DNA of 64,000 bases from Chitinophagales bacterium (GCA_044368655.1 JBIPPB010000001.1:11317-75316), one strand, 5' to 3'. Positions 18,548 through 28,009 are shown, counted from the stretch's first letter. The notes: generated by a model from the sequence alone, not told the origin. Numbers and translations: made by a program.

Positions 18548-19821
18548 GACGTTTTTTTCAACAAAGGCATCAAAAAGAAAACTAGTATAACCCACGCCAA
18601 AACAATACTTAACCCTCCAATCAAAAAAGGAAATACGTTTAAATTTTCGCCAAAAAACCCGACCAAAATTGGAGGAATAAATTGAGCGAGCGATTGCATC
18701 GATTGATTGATTCCGAGCGTTTCGCCTTGTTGGTTCGGTGTGGCTTGTTTAGAAACCAAGGTTAATAAATTTGGAGAATTTAAACCTTGAGAAATAGCAA
18801 TACAAACATTTAATAGTAATATATAATAAATATGATTTGGAAACATCAGCATAAAAATGAAACTACCCATCAGAAGCATCGTAATTTGAATAATTTGCTG
18901 AGGACTCCATCTTTTAGTAATTTTCCGAACTAAAAAACCTTGTGTAAAGATCAACCATAAGCCAACCCACGCAAAAATATATCCGACTTCTACTTCTTTA
19001 AGATGAAATTTATTATACATATAAACGGAAAAGAATTGGGTAAAAAACGCAAATCCTAACGTATTTAAAAATGAAATGACAAACAAAATCCTTAAATTAG
19101 GCAAACTAAATGCTTTTTTGATATTTTGAAAACCTGTAAATAAAGAAACTTTGGAAGCTTTGGAAGCTTTTAAGGTTTCTTCAAATTTAAAATGGACAAA
19201 AATAAAATTAGCTATTGAAAGCAATGTAGCAAAAATAAATGGTGTAGAAAGGGTAAAGCCCTCATAAATTTCTTTAGAAGACAAAACCCCGCCTAAAAAA
19301 GGTCCTAAAATAAATCCTAAGGCAAAAGCAACGCCTATTAAAGCAAAGTTTTTAGGCTTGTCTTCAGGTTTGGATACATCACTTATTGAAGAAAATAAAA
19401 CCGATAAGCTCCCCCCAAAAAAACCTGGAATTAATCGAGATAAGAAAATTAAAACTAAGCTATTGTAAGCCAAAGAAATGCCAAATAACGAATATCCGAT
19501 TGCGGTTCCGACAAGTGCAAACTGTATAATCTTTTTTCGGCCATATCGATCACTTAATGCGCCTAAAATAGGCGCTCCAAAAAACATCATAAAACTATAA
19601 CTTGCAATCAAAAGACAAAACGTCCATCGAATGACATCAGGATTTTTAAGATTTGCAAAATGAACATCGCCTTGATTATAAAAAATTGCTGGAATCACAG
19701 GAATAATAATTCCAACTCCCAACATATCAATAAATGCGGTAACAAAAATGCTGATTAAAAAACTATTTTTTAATTTCAAAATATTCGTTTTAAGGATTAA
19801 TATAAATTGTTTGGATGCCAT
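18544..19821 (-). CDS. MFS transporter (Tet/TCR-like)
   Basis: 425 aa, 12 hydrophobic segments, MFS motif A GALSDRYGRKK. The annotated start overlaps the upstream gene by 32 nt, so the start is uncertain. Confidence 0.85.
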   Translation of the reverse strand: MASKQFILILKTNILKLKNSFLISIFVTAFIDMLGVGIIIPVIPAIFYNQGDVHFANLKNPDVIRWTFCLLIASYSFMMFFGAPILGALSDRYGRKKIIQFALVGTAIGYSLFGISLAYNSLVLIFLSRLIPGFFGGSLSVLFSSISDVSKPEDKPKNFALIGVAFALGFILGPFLGGVLSSKEIYEGFTLSTPFIFATLLSIANFIFVHFKFEETLKASKASKVSLFTGFQNIKKAFSLPNLRILFVISFLNTLGFAFFTQFFSVYMYNKFHLKEVEVGYIFAWVGLWLIFTQGFLVRKITKRWSPQQIIQITMLLMGSFIFMLMFPNHIYYILLLNVCIAISQGLNSPNLLTLVSKQATPNQQGETLGINQSMQSLAQFIPPILVGFFGENLNVFPFLIGGLSIVLAWVILVFFLMPLLKKTS

Positions 19822-22168
19822 CCACTTCTTGAGGCTTAAAAGTAAGAATCACTTTGCGATAACGTGTATTTTGCCAATCTGGAATTTGCTGGTCGTAAAA
19901 GAAACTTGCCGGATTTCCAGACTGTCCTCCTGGATAACAAATATAGGCTTCGGGGCGCTGTGGCTTCATTTCTACAATCATCCGCCAACTTGGTGCCCAG
20001 TCTTTCCAAATCGCATTAACAATATGTTTGTTGCCTCCCGTTTTTATATTGTAATGTCCAAATGCAGGAATCATAGCCAAATGCGGAATTTCAGTGGCTT
20101 TAAATTCCCACCAAGGTTCATTTTTAAACTGATTTAAAGCCTTGTCTAATGCCAATTGAATCATTTCTTTTGCGGTTTCTTTTTCTTTTGTTGCTTTGAA
20201 ATCAAAAAATGCTTGATTCGGATTGTTTAAAGTAAGTTCGTATAAAACAATGGTCTTAGGAAAATCAAACAATTTCGTACTGTCTTCCAATTCATCCCAA
20301 ACCAATTTTTCATAAGATTTGATCCAAAGTTCAAATAATGTAGCGGCGTTACTTTCGGCATCATTATAAAAATTCCAACGCTGCATTTGCATCAAATAAT
20401 TTTGATCTTTTGCAGAAAAGCTCGATAGTGCTTTGATATTTTTTAGAAACAAAGGTAAAAATTCTTGCGCCATTTTATTAAAATTGTCGCCTTGAAGGTT
20501 TTTCATATCCTCAATACTCAGCTTTTCTTTTGAAGATAACACTTCATAAATTCTACGGTTGCGATAGGCTTCAAAATCGCCACTCGAATAATAATACAGA
20601 TACGAAGCATCAGTTGGATGTTGATTGGCACTGGTTACAAATCCTCTTTTTGGGTTAAACTCCGTTGGATTTTCATCTATTGGTATATATTCTGTGACTT
20701 TATTTTGTTTTTTAGTGCCGTCCAAAACAAATTTGTCATAATCTACAGCCGTTTTTGGAAATAATCCTTGCTGTTTTATAGCTACATTTCCTTCTAAATC
20801 GGCATAAACAAAATTTTGACCTGGGCAATAAAATGTTTTTAATGCCTCATAATAATCCGTTTTATTTTTGGCCTTATTAAGTTTTAAGAATGTTTTTAAT
20901 TCATTTGAAGGGAGGTAATTAGTCCAATCTAACGCTAAAAATTTTGGATACGCTTCTTTTGAAAATTTATCATCATAAATGACACGACCAAAAGAAGTAA
21001 TATATTGAGAATCTATAAATTGTGGAGCGCCTTTTACTTGAATAATATGTGTTTTTAGTGTGACATTTTCAAATCCAGAATCCACAATAATCTGCGATTT
21101 TGAGCCTTTTTTAAATTGAACATCATACCAATTACGAACATCCCGTCCGGCATTCGTAACTCCCCAAGCGATATTATCATTAAATCCGATGACAATACCT
21201 GGAGCGCCCGGCATCGTTGCGCCATATACATTTTGCTCGTCCGAAACCAAATGCATTTCATACCAAATGGCAGGAAGATGAATTTTAAGATGTGGATCGT
21301 TAGCAAGCATGGCGTTGCCCGAAGCCGATTTTGAAGCACTCACCGCCCAATTATTACTTCCTAGAGAACGGTCAAAATGCTCTAAAACGCGTTTAGAAAA
21401 ACAATTTTTGGTGATAAATTGGACTTCGCTTTTATTTAAATCGGTGGATGTTTTCATTTTTTGAATTTCGGAGCAAATGGGCTGTTGGTATTTGTAAAAA
21501 TTGGGATACAATTCATCAAATAATGCTTTACCAAAAGTGTTTACAAAATTGGTATTTTCAATATCGGCTTCCATGGCGGTTAAACGCATCGCCATAATTT
21601 TTAATAAAATAGCCGTATGAATCGGTTCATATTTTCGTGGTTTAAATCCCATTAATTTGTATTCGATAGGCAAATCCTTGTCACTTAAAGATTCGATATA
21701 CGCATTAACGCCTTGTGTATAGCGATGGACAACCGATATGGTGCCATCTTCTTCAAATTGTTTTAAAAGCGTTTGAGCCGCATCATAAATCCCCAATCGT
21801 CTCATCAAACGGTCATTTTCTAATGCAACAGACCCCGCAATTTCACTCAATTCACCCATCCCACTTCTTGATTGCATTTCCATTTGCCACAAACGGTCTT
21901 TTGCTAAAACGTATCCTTGCAAAAAATATAAATCCGAATCGTGTTTGGTAAAAATATGTGGCACATACGACGAGTCATAAATCACTTGTGAAGGTCCTCC
22001 GAGCGCACTCGTCTTTAATATAATTTCCTTTTTCAGTGTTGCGTTTTGAGCATTTTGAGCAAAACCCGTAAATGGATTTAAAAACATCCCTAAAGCTGGA
22101 ATTTTGCCAATATGTAGACTACAAATAACAACTATTATTACGAATAAAAAACTATATAACCATTTCAT
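19790..22168 (-). CDS. Penicillin/AHL acylase-family Ntn hydrolase (peptidase S45)
   Basis: 792 aa. Signal peptide, Ntn-Ser processing site GSNNWAV and ANDPHL. Confidence 0.9.
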   Translation of the reverse strand: MKWLYSFLFVIIVVICSLHIGKIPALGMFLNPFTGFAQNAQNATLKKEIILKTSALGGPSQVIYDSSYVPHIFTKHDSDLYFLQGYVLAKDRLWQMEMQSRSGMGELSEIAGSVALENDRLMRRLGIYDAAQTLLKQFEEDGTISVVHRYTQGVNAYIESLSDKDLPIEYKLMGFKPRKYEPIHTAILLKIMAMRLTAMEADIENTNFVNTFGKALFDELYPNFYKYQQPICSEIQKMKTSTDLNKSEVQFITKNCFSKRVLEHFDRSLGSNNWAVSASKSASGNAMLANDPHLKIHLPAIWYEMHLVSDEQNVYGATMPGAPGIVIGFNDNIAWGVTNAGRDVRNWYDVQFKKGSKSQIIVDSGFENVTLKTHIIQVKGAPQFIDSQYITSFGRVIYDDKFSKEAYPKFLALDWTNYLPSNELKTFLKLNKAKNKTDYYEALKTFYCPGQNFVYADLEGNVAIKQQGLFPKTAVDYDKFVLDGTKKQNKVTEYIPIDENPTEFNPKRGFVTSANQHPTDASYLYYYSSGDFEAYRNRRIYEVLSSKEKLSIEDMKNLQGDNFNKMAQEFLPLFLKNIKALSSFSAKDQNYLMQMQRWNFYNDAESNAATLFELWIKSYEKLVWDELEDSTKLFDFPKTIVLYELTLNNPNQAFFDFKATKEKETAKEMIQLALDKALNQFKNEPWWEFKATEIPHLAMIPAFGHYNIKTGGNKHIVNAIWKDWAPSWRMIVEMKPQRPEAYICYPGGQSGNPASFFYDQQIPDWQNTRYRKVILTFKPQEVDGIQTIYINP

Positions 22169-22221
22169 AAATAAGAATTTTGAACTAATTTGAATTGCAT
22201 TTTGTTATTTAAACAAAATGC

Positions 22222-22229
22222 TAAATTTG
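22222..22229 (+). promoter_or_regulatory. Candidate -7 promoter box (TAAATTTG) for gpx
   Basis: The TAnnTTTG match lies inside the N-terminal extension of track ORF 22218, which supports the downstream ATG 22308 as the real start. Confidence 0.4.
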
Positions 22230-22307
22230 TATTTTTTGCAAATTTACAATCAATTGGTATTTTTACTTAAATTATATTTATATTCATCTAAAATTAAATT
22301 AATTCGT

Positions 22308-22871
22308 ATGAAAAATTTGTTTTTTACATTATTGGGATTTTTTGGAATGCAAAGCTGCGACAGTCAAAAAGTTGTTAAAGAGCAGTCTATTTACGATTTT
22401 ACGATGAAAAACATCAAAGGTGAAAATGTTTCACTAGCCAACTATAAAGGAAAAACCTTGCTTATAGTAAATGTAGCTAGTAAATGTGGACTTACGCCTC
22501 AATACAAAGATTTAGAAGCATTATATCAAAAATATAAAAAAGACGGTTTGATGATTTTGGGGTTTCCTGCTAACAATTTTTTGTGGCAAGAGCCGGGGTC
22601 GGATCAAGATATTGCTCAATTCTGTAGCTTAAACTATGGTGTATCTTTTGATATGTTTAGTAAAATATCGGTTAAAGGTAAAAATCAACATCCACTTTAT
22701 ACCTTTTTAACGACAAAAAAATACAATAAATTAAAAGATGCTTCGGTTACTTGGAATTTTCAAAAGTTCTTAATTGATTCCAAAGGAAATCTAGTTCACG
22801 TTTTTAGTCCTTCGGAAGGTGTTTTAGATGCCAAAAATGAGCAAATTATAAAACAAACTTTGCCTAAATAA
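22308..22871 (+). CDS. gpx: Glutathione peroxidase (Cys-type)
   Basis: Motifs NVASKCGLT (TGT Cys codon, not UGA) and GFPANNFLWQEPG. Lipoprotein-like signal MKNLFFTLLGFFGMQSC. Confidence 0.9.
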   Translation: MKNLFFTLLGFFGMQSCDSQKVVKEQSIYDFTMKNIKGENVSLANYKGKTLLIVNVASKCGLTPQYKDLEALYQKYKKDGLMILGFPANNFLWQEPGSDQDIAQFCSLNYGVSFDMFSKISVKGKNQHPLYTFLTTKKYNKLKDASVTWNFQKFLIDSKGNLVHVFSPSEGVLDAKNEQIIKQTLPK

Positions 22872-22886
22872 AGTACTACATTTAGT

Positions 22887-23897
22887 TTAAAACCCAAATC
22901 GAGAATCTTTTTGGAAATTTTGATCGGTCAGCGTATTCAAAAATGCAATAATTGCTTTTTGTTCGTTTTTTGTTAATGGAATTCCATTTTTTAACTTCGG
23001 ATCCAATGAAGGATTTTGCTTAATACCCGAATTATAATGTTCTAAAACGGCCTCTAAAGTGGCAATACTTCCATTATGCATATACGGTGACGTAATGGCT
23101 ACATTTCTCAACGATGGTGTTTTAAATTTTCCTTCATCATCTGGATTTAGTGTAATTTCATATCTTCCTTTATCTAAATGGTTGTCTAACTGAAAGCCGT
23201 TATTTCGAAAAATAAAATCACTTTGGAGCACTCCTGAGTGGCATGTGGCACATTTATCTTCAAATAACTTTTTACCTTCTTGTTCGATACTCGACAAGAT
23301 ATACGAACCCTTTAAAAATTGGTCATAAGGACTTTTTGACGAAACCAGCATTGCCTGAAATTCGGTTATAGCCGCCATAATATCCATCGTTTTGATTTCA
23401 TCAATTTGATAGATATTCTTAAACGCTTGTTTATAGTATGGATTCCGATTGAGTTTCAAAACCACATTTTGAATCGTTTCGTCCATTTCGACATCATTTT
23501 CAATAGGCGCTAAACTAATTAAATCGATATGTTGCACACCGCCGTCCCAAAAAAAGGTATTATTCCACAAAAGGTTTTGAATAGCCGGCGCATTTCGTTT
23601 GCCCAAACGATCCATAACACCATGACTTAAATCATGATCAATATGGCTAAAAGCACCTGCTTGTTGGTGGCATGAGCCACAAGAAACCGTAGAATCTACA
23701 GATAAAATAGGGTCAAAAAATAACCGCTTTCCCAATAAAAACCCTGCTTTAGTAAATTTTCGGTTTTGCATGTTTTTTTGCGCAATTTCCGGAAAATGCG
23801 AAGGAATTTCTGGACCGACCCACGTTTCCTCTTTTTGACAAGAAAAAACCATTAAAATCAAGAGTACAAAAACTAAAAATGATTTTAATTGAATCAT
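22887..23897 (-). CDS. ccp: Di-haem cytochrome c peroxidase
   Basis: 336 aa. Two haem-c sites (CGSCHQ and CATCHSG); CCP/MauG family layout. Confidence 0.9.
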   Translation of the reverse strand: MIQLKSFLVFVLLILMVFSCQKEETWVGPEIPSHFPEIAQKNMQNRKFTKAGFLLGKRLFFDPILSVDSTVSCGSCHQQAGAFSHIDHDLSHGVMDRLGKRNAPAIQNLLWNNTFFWDGGVQHIDLISLAPIENDVEMDETIQNVVLKLNRNPYYKQAFKNIYQIDEIKTMDIMAAITEFQAMLVSSKSPYDQFLKGSYILSSIEQEGKKLFEDKCATCHSGVLQSDFIFRNNGFQLDNHLDKGRYEITLNPDDEGKFKTPSLRNVAITSPYMHNGSIATLEAVLEHYNSGIKQNPSLDPKLKNGIPLTKNEQKAIIAFLNTLTDQNFQKDSRFGF

Positions 23898-23910
23898 ATT
23901 TTAAAGCATA

Positions 23911-25293
23911 TTATTTTTTCATAAGACTACTTCCATCAAGATAAAAGACATAAATCATCAACGCCAATACCATTACCGTTCCGATTGTTTGAAGAATAGA
24001 AAGCACTTTGTCGCTTACTTTTTTGCCCGTAATCATTTCAAATAAAATAACGATGGCATGTCCTCCGTCTAATGCTGGAATCGGTAACGCATTCATAAAT
24101 GCCAATCCCATCGAAATCAACGCCGTCAAAGACCAAAATCGAAGCCAGTTCCAATCATAACCAAACATTTGTGCCATTTTGATAGGTCCCCCAACATTTT
24201 CCTTGATATCCATTTCGCCAGAACCCATTTTCTTAAAGCTCAAAACTTGAATATAAAATGTTTTCCAACAGTCATAAAATCCAAACTTAATCGACGCGTA
24301 TACATCATATGGTTTCAATGCATATTTATCATAATGCGGAATAAAGCCAGGAATAAAACCAACTTTTCCTGCCGTATCTACTTTGATACTTAAATCCATA
24401 ATTTTTTCATTTCGTTTTACCTGCATCTTTACATTTTGATTGCGAAGCGAATCTAATGTAGTAAATAAGATTTCGAAATTATCAATAGGTTTATCGTTGA
24501 TGTTCAATATAATGTCATCGCGGTGAATCACCGATTGATTGATACCCGAAGCTACTTTTTCCACTTTGATATAATGGTATTTAGGAAAAAATAAAGGCCC
24601 AAATCTTAAGGTTTTAAAAAAATCTTTTGGCATATCTAATTTCAACGTTTGCGAATTGCCCAAGCTATCTTTTCGCAATACCGTATAATATCCTCCAAAC
24701 AAAACAGAGCTATGAATCAAGTCGTCGATGCGCTCCACTTCATTTCCATTAACATTTACGATATAATCACCGTCTTGAAACCCAAATTTTTTCGCCGGTT
24801 CGGTAAACGTCATACCGCCGTTTTTTAAAGATTCGGCCGTTACATACTCTTTTTTACTGAATTTTAGAAGACTAAAAAAGATAAGAAATGCAAAAATGAT
24901 ATTAAAAATGATACCACCCATGATGATGATCATCTTTTGCCAATTCTTTTTAGAACGGTATTCCCATGGCTCTGGCTCTTTGCTCAAGGCTTCTTTATCC
25001 GTTGTTTCATCAATCATACCCGCAATGCTTACATAACCTCCCAAAGGAAACCAACCTAAACCGTATTCGGTGTCTCCAATTTTCTTTTTGAATAGCGCAA
25101 AATTAAGCACATTCGAAAGGGGAAACATAAAGTCAAAAAATAAATAAAATTTATCAACGCGGGTTTTAAACATTTTGGCAGCCAAAAAATGACCTAATTC
25201 GTGAATAAAAATCAATATGGACAATGATAGAATGAATTGCCCGACCATAATAAGTGTTTGCATAATGTCGTTTAGAACTAAATAATAATCCAC
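23911..25293 (-). CDS. rseP: RIP site-2 metalloprotease RseP
   Basis: HELGHFLAAK zinc motif, central PDZ-like region, C-terminal NALPIPALDGGH. Confidence 0.9.
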   Translation of the reverse strand: MDYYLVLNDIMQTLIMVGQFILSLSILIFIHELGHFLAAKMFKTRVDKFYLFFDFMFPLSNVLNFALFKKKIGDTEYGLGWFPLGGYVSIAGMIDETTDKEALSKEPEPWEYRSKKNWQKMIIIMGGIIFNIIFAFLIFFSLLKFSKKEYVTAESLKNGGMTFTEPAKKFGFQDGDYIVNVNGNEVERIDDLIHSSVLFGGYYTVLRKDSLGNSQTLKLDMPKDFFKTLRFGPLFFPKYHYIKVEKVASGINQSVIHRDDIILNINDKPIDNFEILFTTLDSLRNQNVKMQVKRNEKIMDLSIKVDTAGKVGFIPGFIPHYDKYALKPYDVYASIKFGFYDCWKTFYIQVLSFKKMGSGEMDIKENVGGPIKMAQMFGYDWNWLRFWSLTALISMGLAFMNALPIPALDGGHAIVILFEMITGKKVSDKVLSILQTIGTVMVLALMIYVFYLDGSSLMKK

Positions 25294-25488
25294 AAAAATA
25301 CAAAATTTAAGTACAAATTACGCATTAGATTATGATGCCTCTGAAAACAGTTCGCTTAAAGGGTTATACCAATACAAAATGAATCAAGAATTTGTTCATT
25401 TTCATTCTTTTGTTCTAAGAATGGTCTTATAATCCGTATCTTGTGTGCTTATTCAATAAAAAACAATTATATTTTGACCAAAGAATCC

Positions 25489-26745
25489 ATGGATTTTCAA
25501 TCCTTAAAAGTAATAGAACCTATACAAAAAGCCTTAAAAGAAGAAGGTTATACGCATCCCACTCCTATTCAGCAACAATCCATTCCTATCGTACTAAAAG
25601 GTACGGATTTAATGGGCTGTGCCCAAACGGGAACGGGAAAGACGGCGGCATTTGCCATACCTATTTTACAATTATTGTATAATAATAAAAAAGAAGGAAA
25701 ACGAAATGTTCGTGCCTTAATCGTAACGCCAACAAGAGAATTAGCGATTCAAATTGGCGAGAGTTTTGATGTATATGGCAAGCATTTACCCCTTCGCAAC
25801 GCCGTGATTTTTGGAGGCGTCAAACAACGTTCCCAAACCAATGAACTCAAAAACGGAACCGATATTTTAATTGCTACGCCGGGTAGATTGTTGGATTTGA
25901 TTCAGCAAGGATTTATTAGCCTAAAGGATATTGAAATTTTTGTATTGGATGAAGCCGATCGAATGTTGGATATGGGATTTGTGCACGATGTCAAGAAACT
26001 GATTACGCTTTTGCCAAAAAAACGACAATCTCTTTTCTTCTCTGCGACGATGCCCGATGACATCATTAAACTAGCACAATCGATTCTTTTTCAACCCGAA
26101 AAAGTAGAAGTAGCGCCTATTTCATCTACTGCCGACACCATTCAGCAAAAATTGTATTATGTAGATAAAGGAAATAAAAATGCGCTTTTGATGGATATTT
26201 TAAACAACAAGGACATTAAAACGGCATTGGTTTTTACACGAACCAAACATGGTGCGGATAAAGTTGTAAAAGTATTGCGAAGATATGAAATAACCGCCGA
26301 AGCCATTCATGGAAACAAAAGTCAGAATGCACGCCAGAACGCATTAACCCATTTTAAATCTCAAAAAACCCGAATATTGGTGGCTACGGATATTGCGGCT
26401 CGAGGTATTGATGTGGACAATCTGCAGTATGTGATTAATTATGAAATTCCAAATATTCCCGAAACCTATGTGCATCGAATAGGTAGAACAGGTCGTGCGG
26501 GTGCAGCAGGAACGGCGATTTCGTTTTGTGATGCCATTGAGAAAGAATATATCCGCGATATAGAAAAATTGATCAATAGAAGTATTCCTGTAGTAGACGA
26601 TCATAATTTTCCTTTAGAAGACCATAATCCTATTGTAGAACCAAAGGTGTCTTTTCAAAGAAATACGCCAAGACCTAAAAACACACAACAGAAACCTAAA
26701 GGCAATGCACCTTCTAAAAAGAATAAAAAGCCTTTTGTGAAGTAA
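25489..26745 (+). CDS. rhlE: DEAD-box ATP-dependent RNA helicase (RhlE-like)
   Basis: Motifs AQTGTGKT, PTRELA, DEADRM, SAT and HRIGRTGRAG, with a basic C-terminal tail. ATG 25489 (MDFQSLKV); the track ORF starts at TTG 25441. Confidence 0.9.
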   Translation: MDFQSLKVIEPIQKALKEEGYTHPTPIQQQSIPIVLKGTDLMGCAQTGTGKTAAFAIPILQLLYNNKKEGKRNVRALIVTPTRELAIQIGESFDVYGKHLPLRNAVIFGGVKQRSQTNELKNGTDILIATPGRLLDLIQQGFISLKDIEIFVLDEADRMLDMGFVHDVKKLITLLPKKRQSLFFSATMPDDIIKLAQSILFQPEKVEVAPISSTADTIQQKLYYVDKGNKNALLMDILNNKDIKTALVFTRTKHGADKVVKVLRRYEITAEAIHGNKSQNARQNALTHFKSQKTRILVATDIAARGIDVDNLQYVINYEIPNIPETYVHRIGRTGRAGAAGTAISFCDAIEKEYIRDIEKLINRSIPVVDDHNFPLEDHNPIVEPKVSFQRNTPRPKNTQQKPKGNAPSKKNKKPFVK

Positions 26746-26987
26746 ATTGGAGTTTAAAAAGTGATTTAACAATATAAAAGCGCTGAGAAAGGTTTAGAAG
26801 ACCATTTTTTAGAGATCACGGATACATTTTTCAAAGAGTGCTTGAACGTCTAGAAAAATATTCCGAGATGACTAAGATGTATACGCCTTTGAGATTCCCA
26901 ATAAATTTTTTATATTATACCGTATAGCTCCGTTTTACGGAATTTTCAACCATAAAACGCGCCCCAAAAACTAAAAGGGTTTGTTTC

Positions 26988-27116
26988 TTACCACGTGCGA
27001 AACACATTTTGGATATGCTTCGATTTTTTTGATATTCTTCTAAAAAGGCTTTTTGATATAAAATTTGCCTTGGAATGCTGTTGGTGGTTTTAGTGTCTTC
27101 ATCGGTGGTCAAGGCC
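26988..27116 (-). pseudogene. Displaced, frameshifted duplicate of the dnaG 3' end (att-like direct repeat, copy A)
   Basis: 129 nt aligning to 32797..32926 (the real dnaG 3' end). It has a 57-nt perfect block (27031..27087 = 32841..32897) and a homopolymer of T7 versus T8. With the missing base restored it reads ...EEYQKKSKHIQNVFRTW*, against the dnaG ending ...EEYQKKSKHIQNVFRNW*. The track's 85-aa ORF 26915..27172 is this fragment read through the frameshift. Confidence 0.85.
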
Positions 27117-27297
27117 TCCGCCCTGTTTCCTGTCTCCACGAAACATTTTGCACTTTTTGATTTTTGATGCAAAAATATTATTTATAATTTTTGCTTTTAT
27201 TTCAACATTAACAATCTACTCCATATATTGTATTTCGGATATTGAGGACACGAACCGAGGCGGAGGAAGAAAAAAACTTAGGTGTTAGGTGCAAAAA

Positions 27298-27696
27298 TTA
27301 TTGTTTTTGAAGTTCATATTTGTAATTTCCTACACCATTTTTATCAGCTGATAGAATAAAGTTTTTTCCGTCAAATGTATAGTCATACTTCCCGCTTAGT
27401 ATCAAGTTCCAGTCAAAGTCAGCAGTCCAAGCATTATCATCATTAAACGTTATTTTTTTATTGTCGGAAGAAAAAGTTCCTGAACCACCTGCAGGTATTC
27501 TATTTGTATTTCCCGAACAAGAAAATTTTCCGTTCCTCATTTCTAAAGTTGTCTGTCCAGTTTGTGTCCCCGTACTGTATGTTACAGTAAATGTTCCTTT
27601 GTATGTTCCATCTTTGATCTCCATGGCGTCCTTTTTGCAACTTAAGAAGAGTGTTGTGATGGAAAAAAATGTCGCTAATAAAAGATTTGTTCTCAT
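27298..27696 (-). CDS. Small lipoprotein, family unknown
   Basis: 132 aa, lipobox LFLSC, Gly/Thr-rich beta-type sequence. Preceded by the conserved 41-nt leader also found at 32669..32709. Confidence 0.6.
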   Translation of the reverse strand: MRTNLLLATFFSITTLFLSCKKDAMEIKDGTYKGTFTVTYSTGTQTGQTTLEMRNGKFSCSGNTNRIPAGGSGTFSSDNKKITFNDDNAWTADFDWNLILSGKYDYTFDGKNFILSADKNGVGNYKYELQKQ

Positions 27697-27733
27697 AATT
27701 CTTTTTTACGTTAACGGTATGAAGATGATATTA

Positions 27734-27908
27734 TTACACCCAACTCGTTAATACCCGCAATTATAAACCAATTTTTACAAATGCTATATTTTTTTAGTAT
27801 TATTTTCAATAATTAGAGTTAATGAAGATGGTATTTAAAATTTTAAAGCATGGCATTCCGATATTTAAGTAAAAGGGAACGTTTTTTACGAAGAAAAAGC
27901 TAGAGGTT
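27734..27908. repeat. Island repeat copy 1 (41-nt leader module plus ~153-bp module)
   Basis: 27734..27774 matches 32669..32709 (2 mismatches in 41). 27753..27905 matches 30182..30335 (11 substitutions and 1 indel by hand alignment). Confidence 0.8.
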
Positions 27909-28009
27909 TTTCGCTCTTTTGAGTCTAACGTCCTGCTAAGCAAAGTAGTAGCTTCAATTTAAATCAAATATAAATATGTATAAAACTTATGTTGTTGATG
28001 GTTATTTTT

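Noticed and set aside
19748-20137. 129-aa plus-strand ORF
   Set aside because: It is antisense to the 3' part of the penicillin-acylase-family gene and the MFS gene start, and has no supporting features.
22308-22871. Possible selenocysteine recoding in the glutathione peroxidase
   Set aside because: The active-site codon is TGT (Cys) in NVASKCGLT. There is no in-frame TGA and no need for a SECIS element.
26889-26950. Possible degenerate third copy of the palindromic repeat (gagattcccaataaatttttt ... cggaattttcaacc) next to the displaced dnaG end
   Set aside because: Only the short end motifs match (about 10-12 nt each). That is too weak to call without a statistical alignment. I note it as a lead only.
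26915-27172. 85-aa ORF from the track as a real gene
   Set aside because: Its central 30 residues are the dnaG C-terminus (LTTDED..NSIPRQILYQKAFLEEYQK). The rest is read-through caused by a 1-nt homopolymer deletion plus unrelated upstream sequence. It is a gene fragment.
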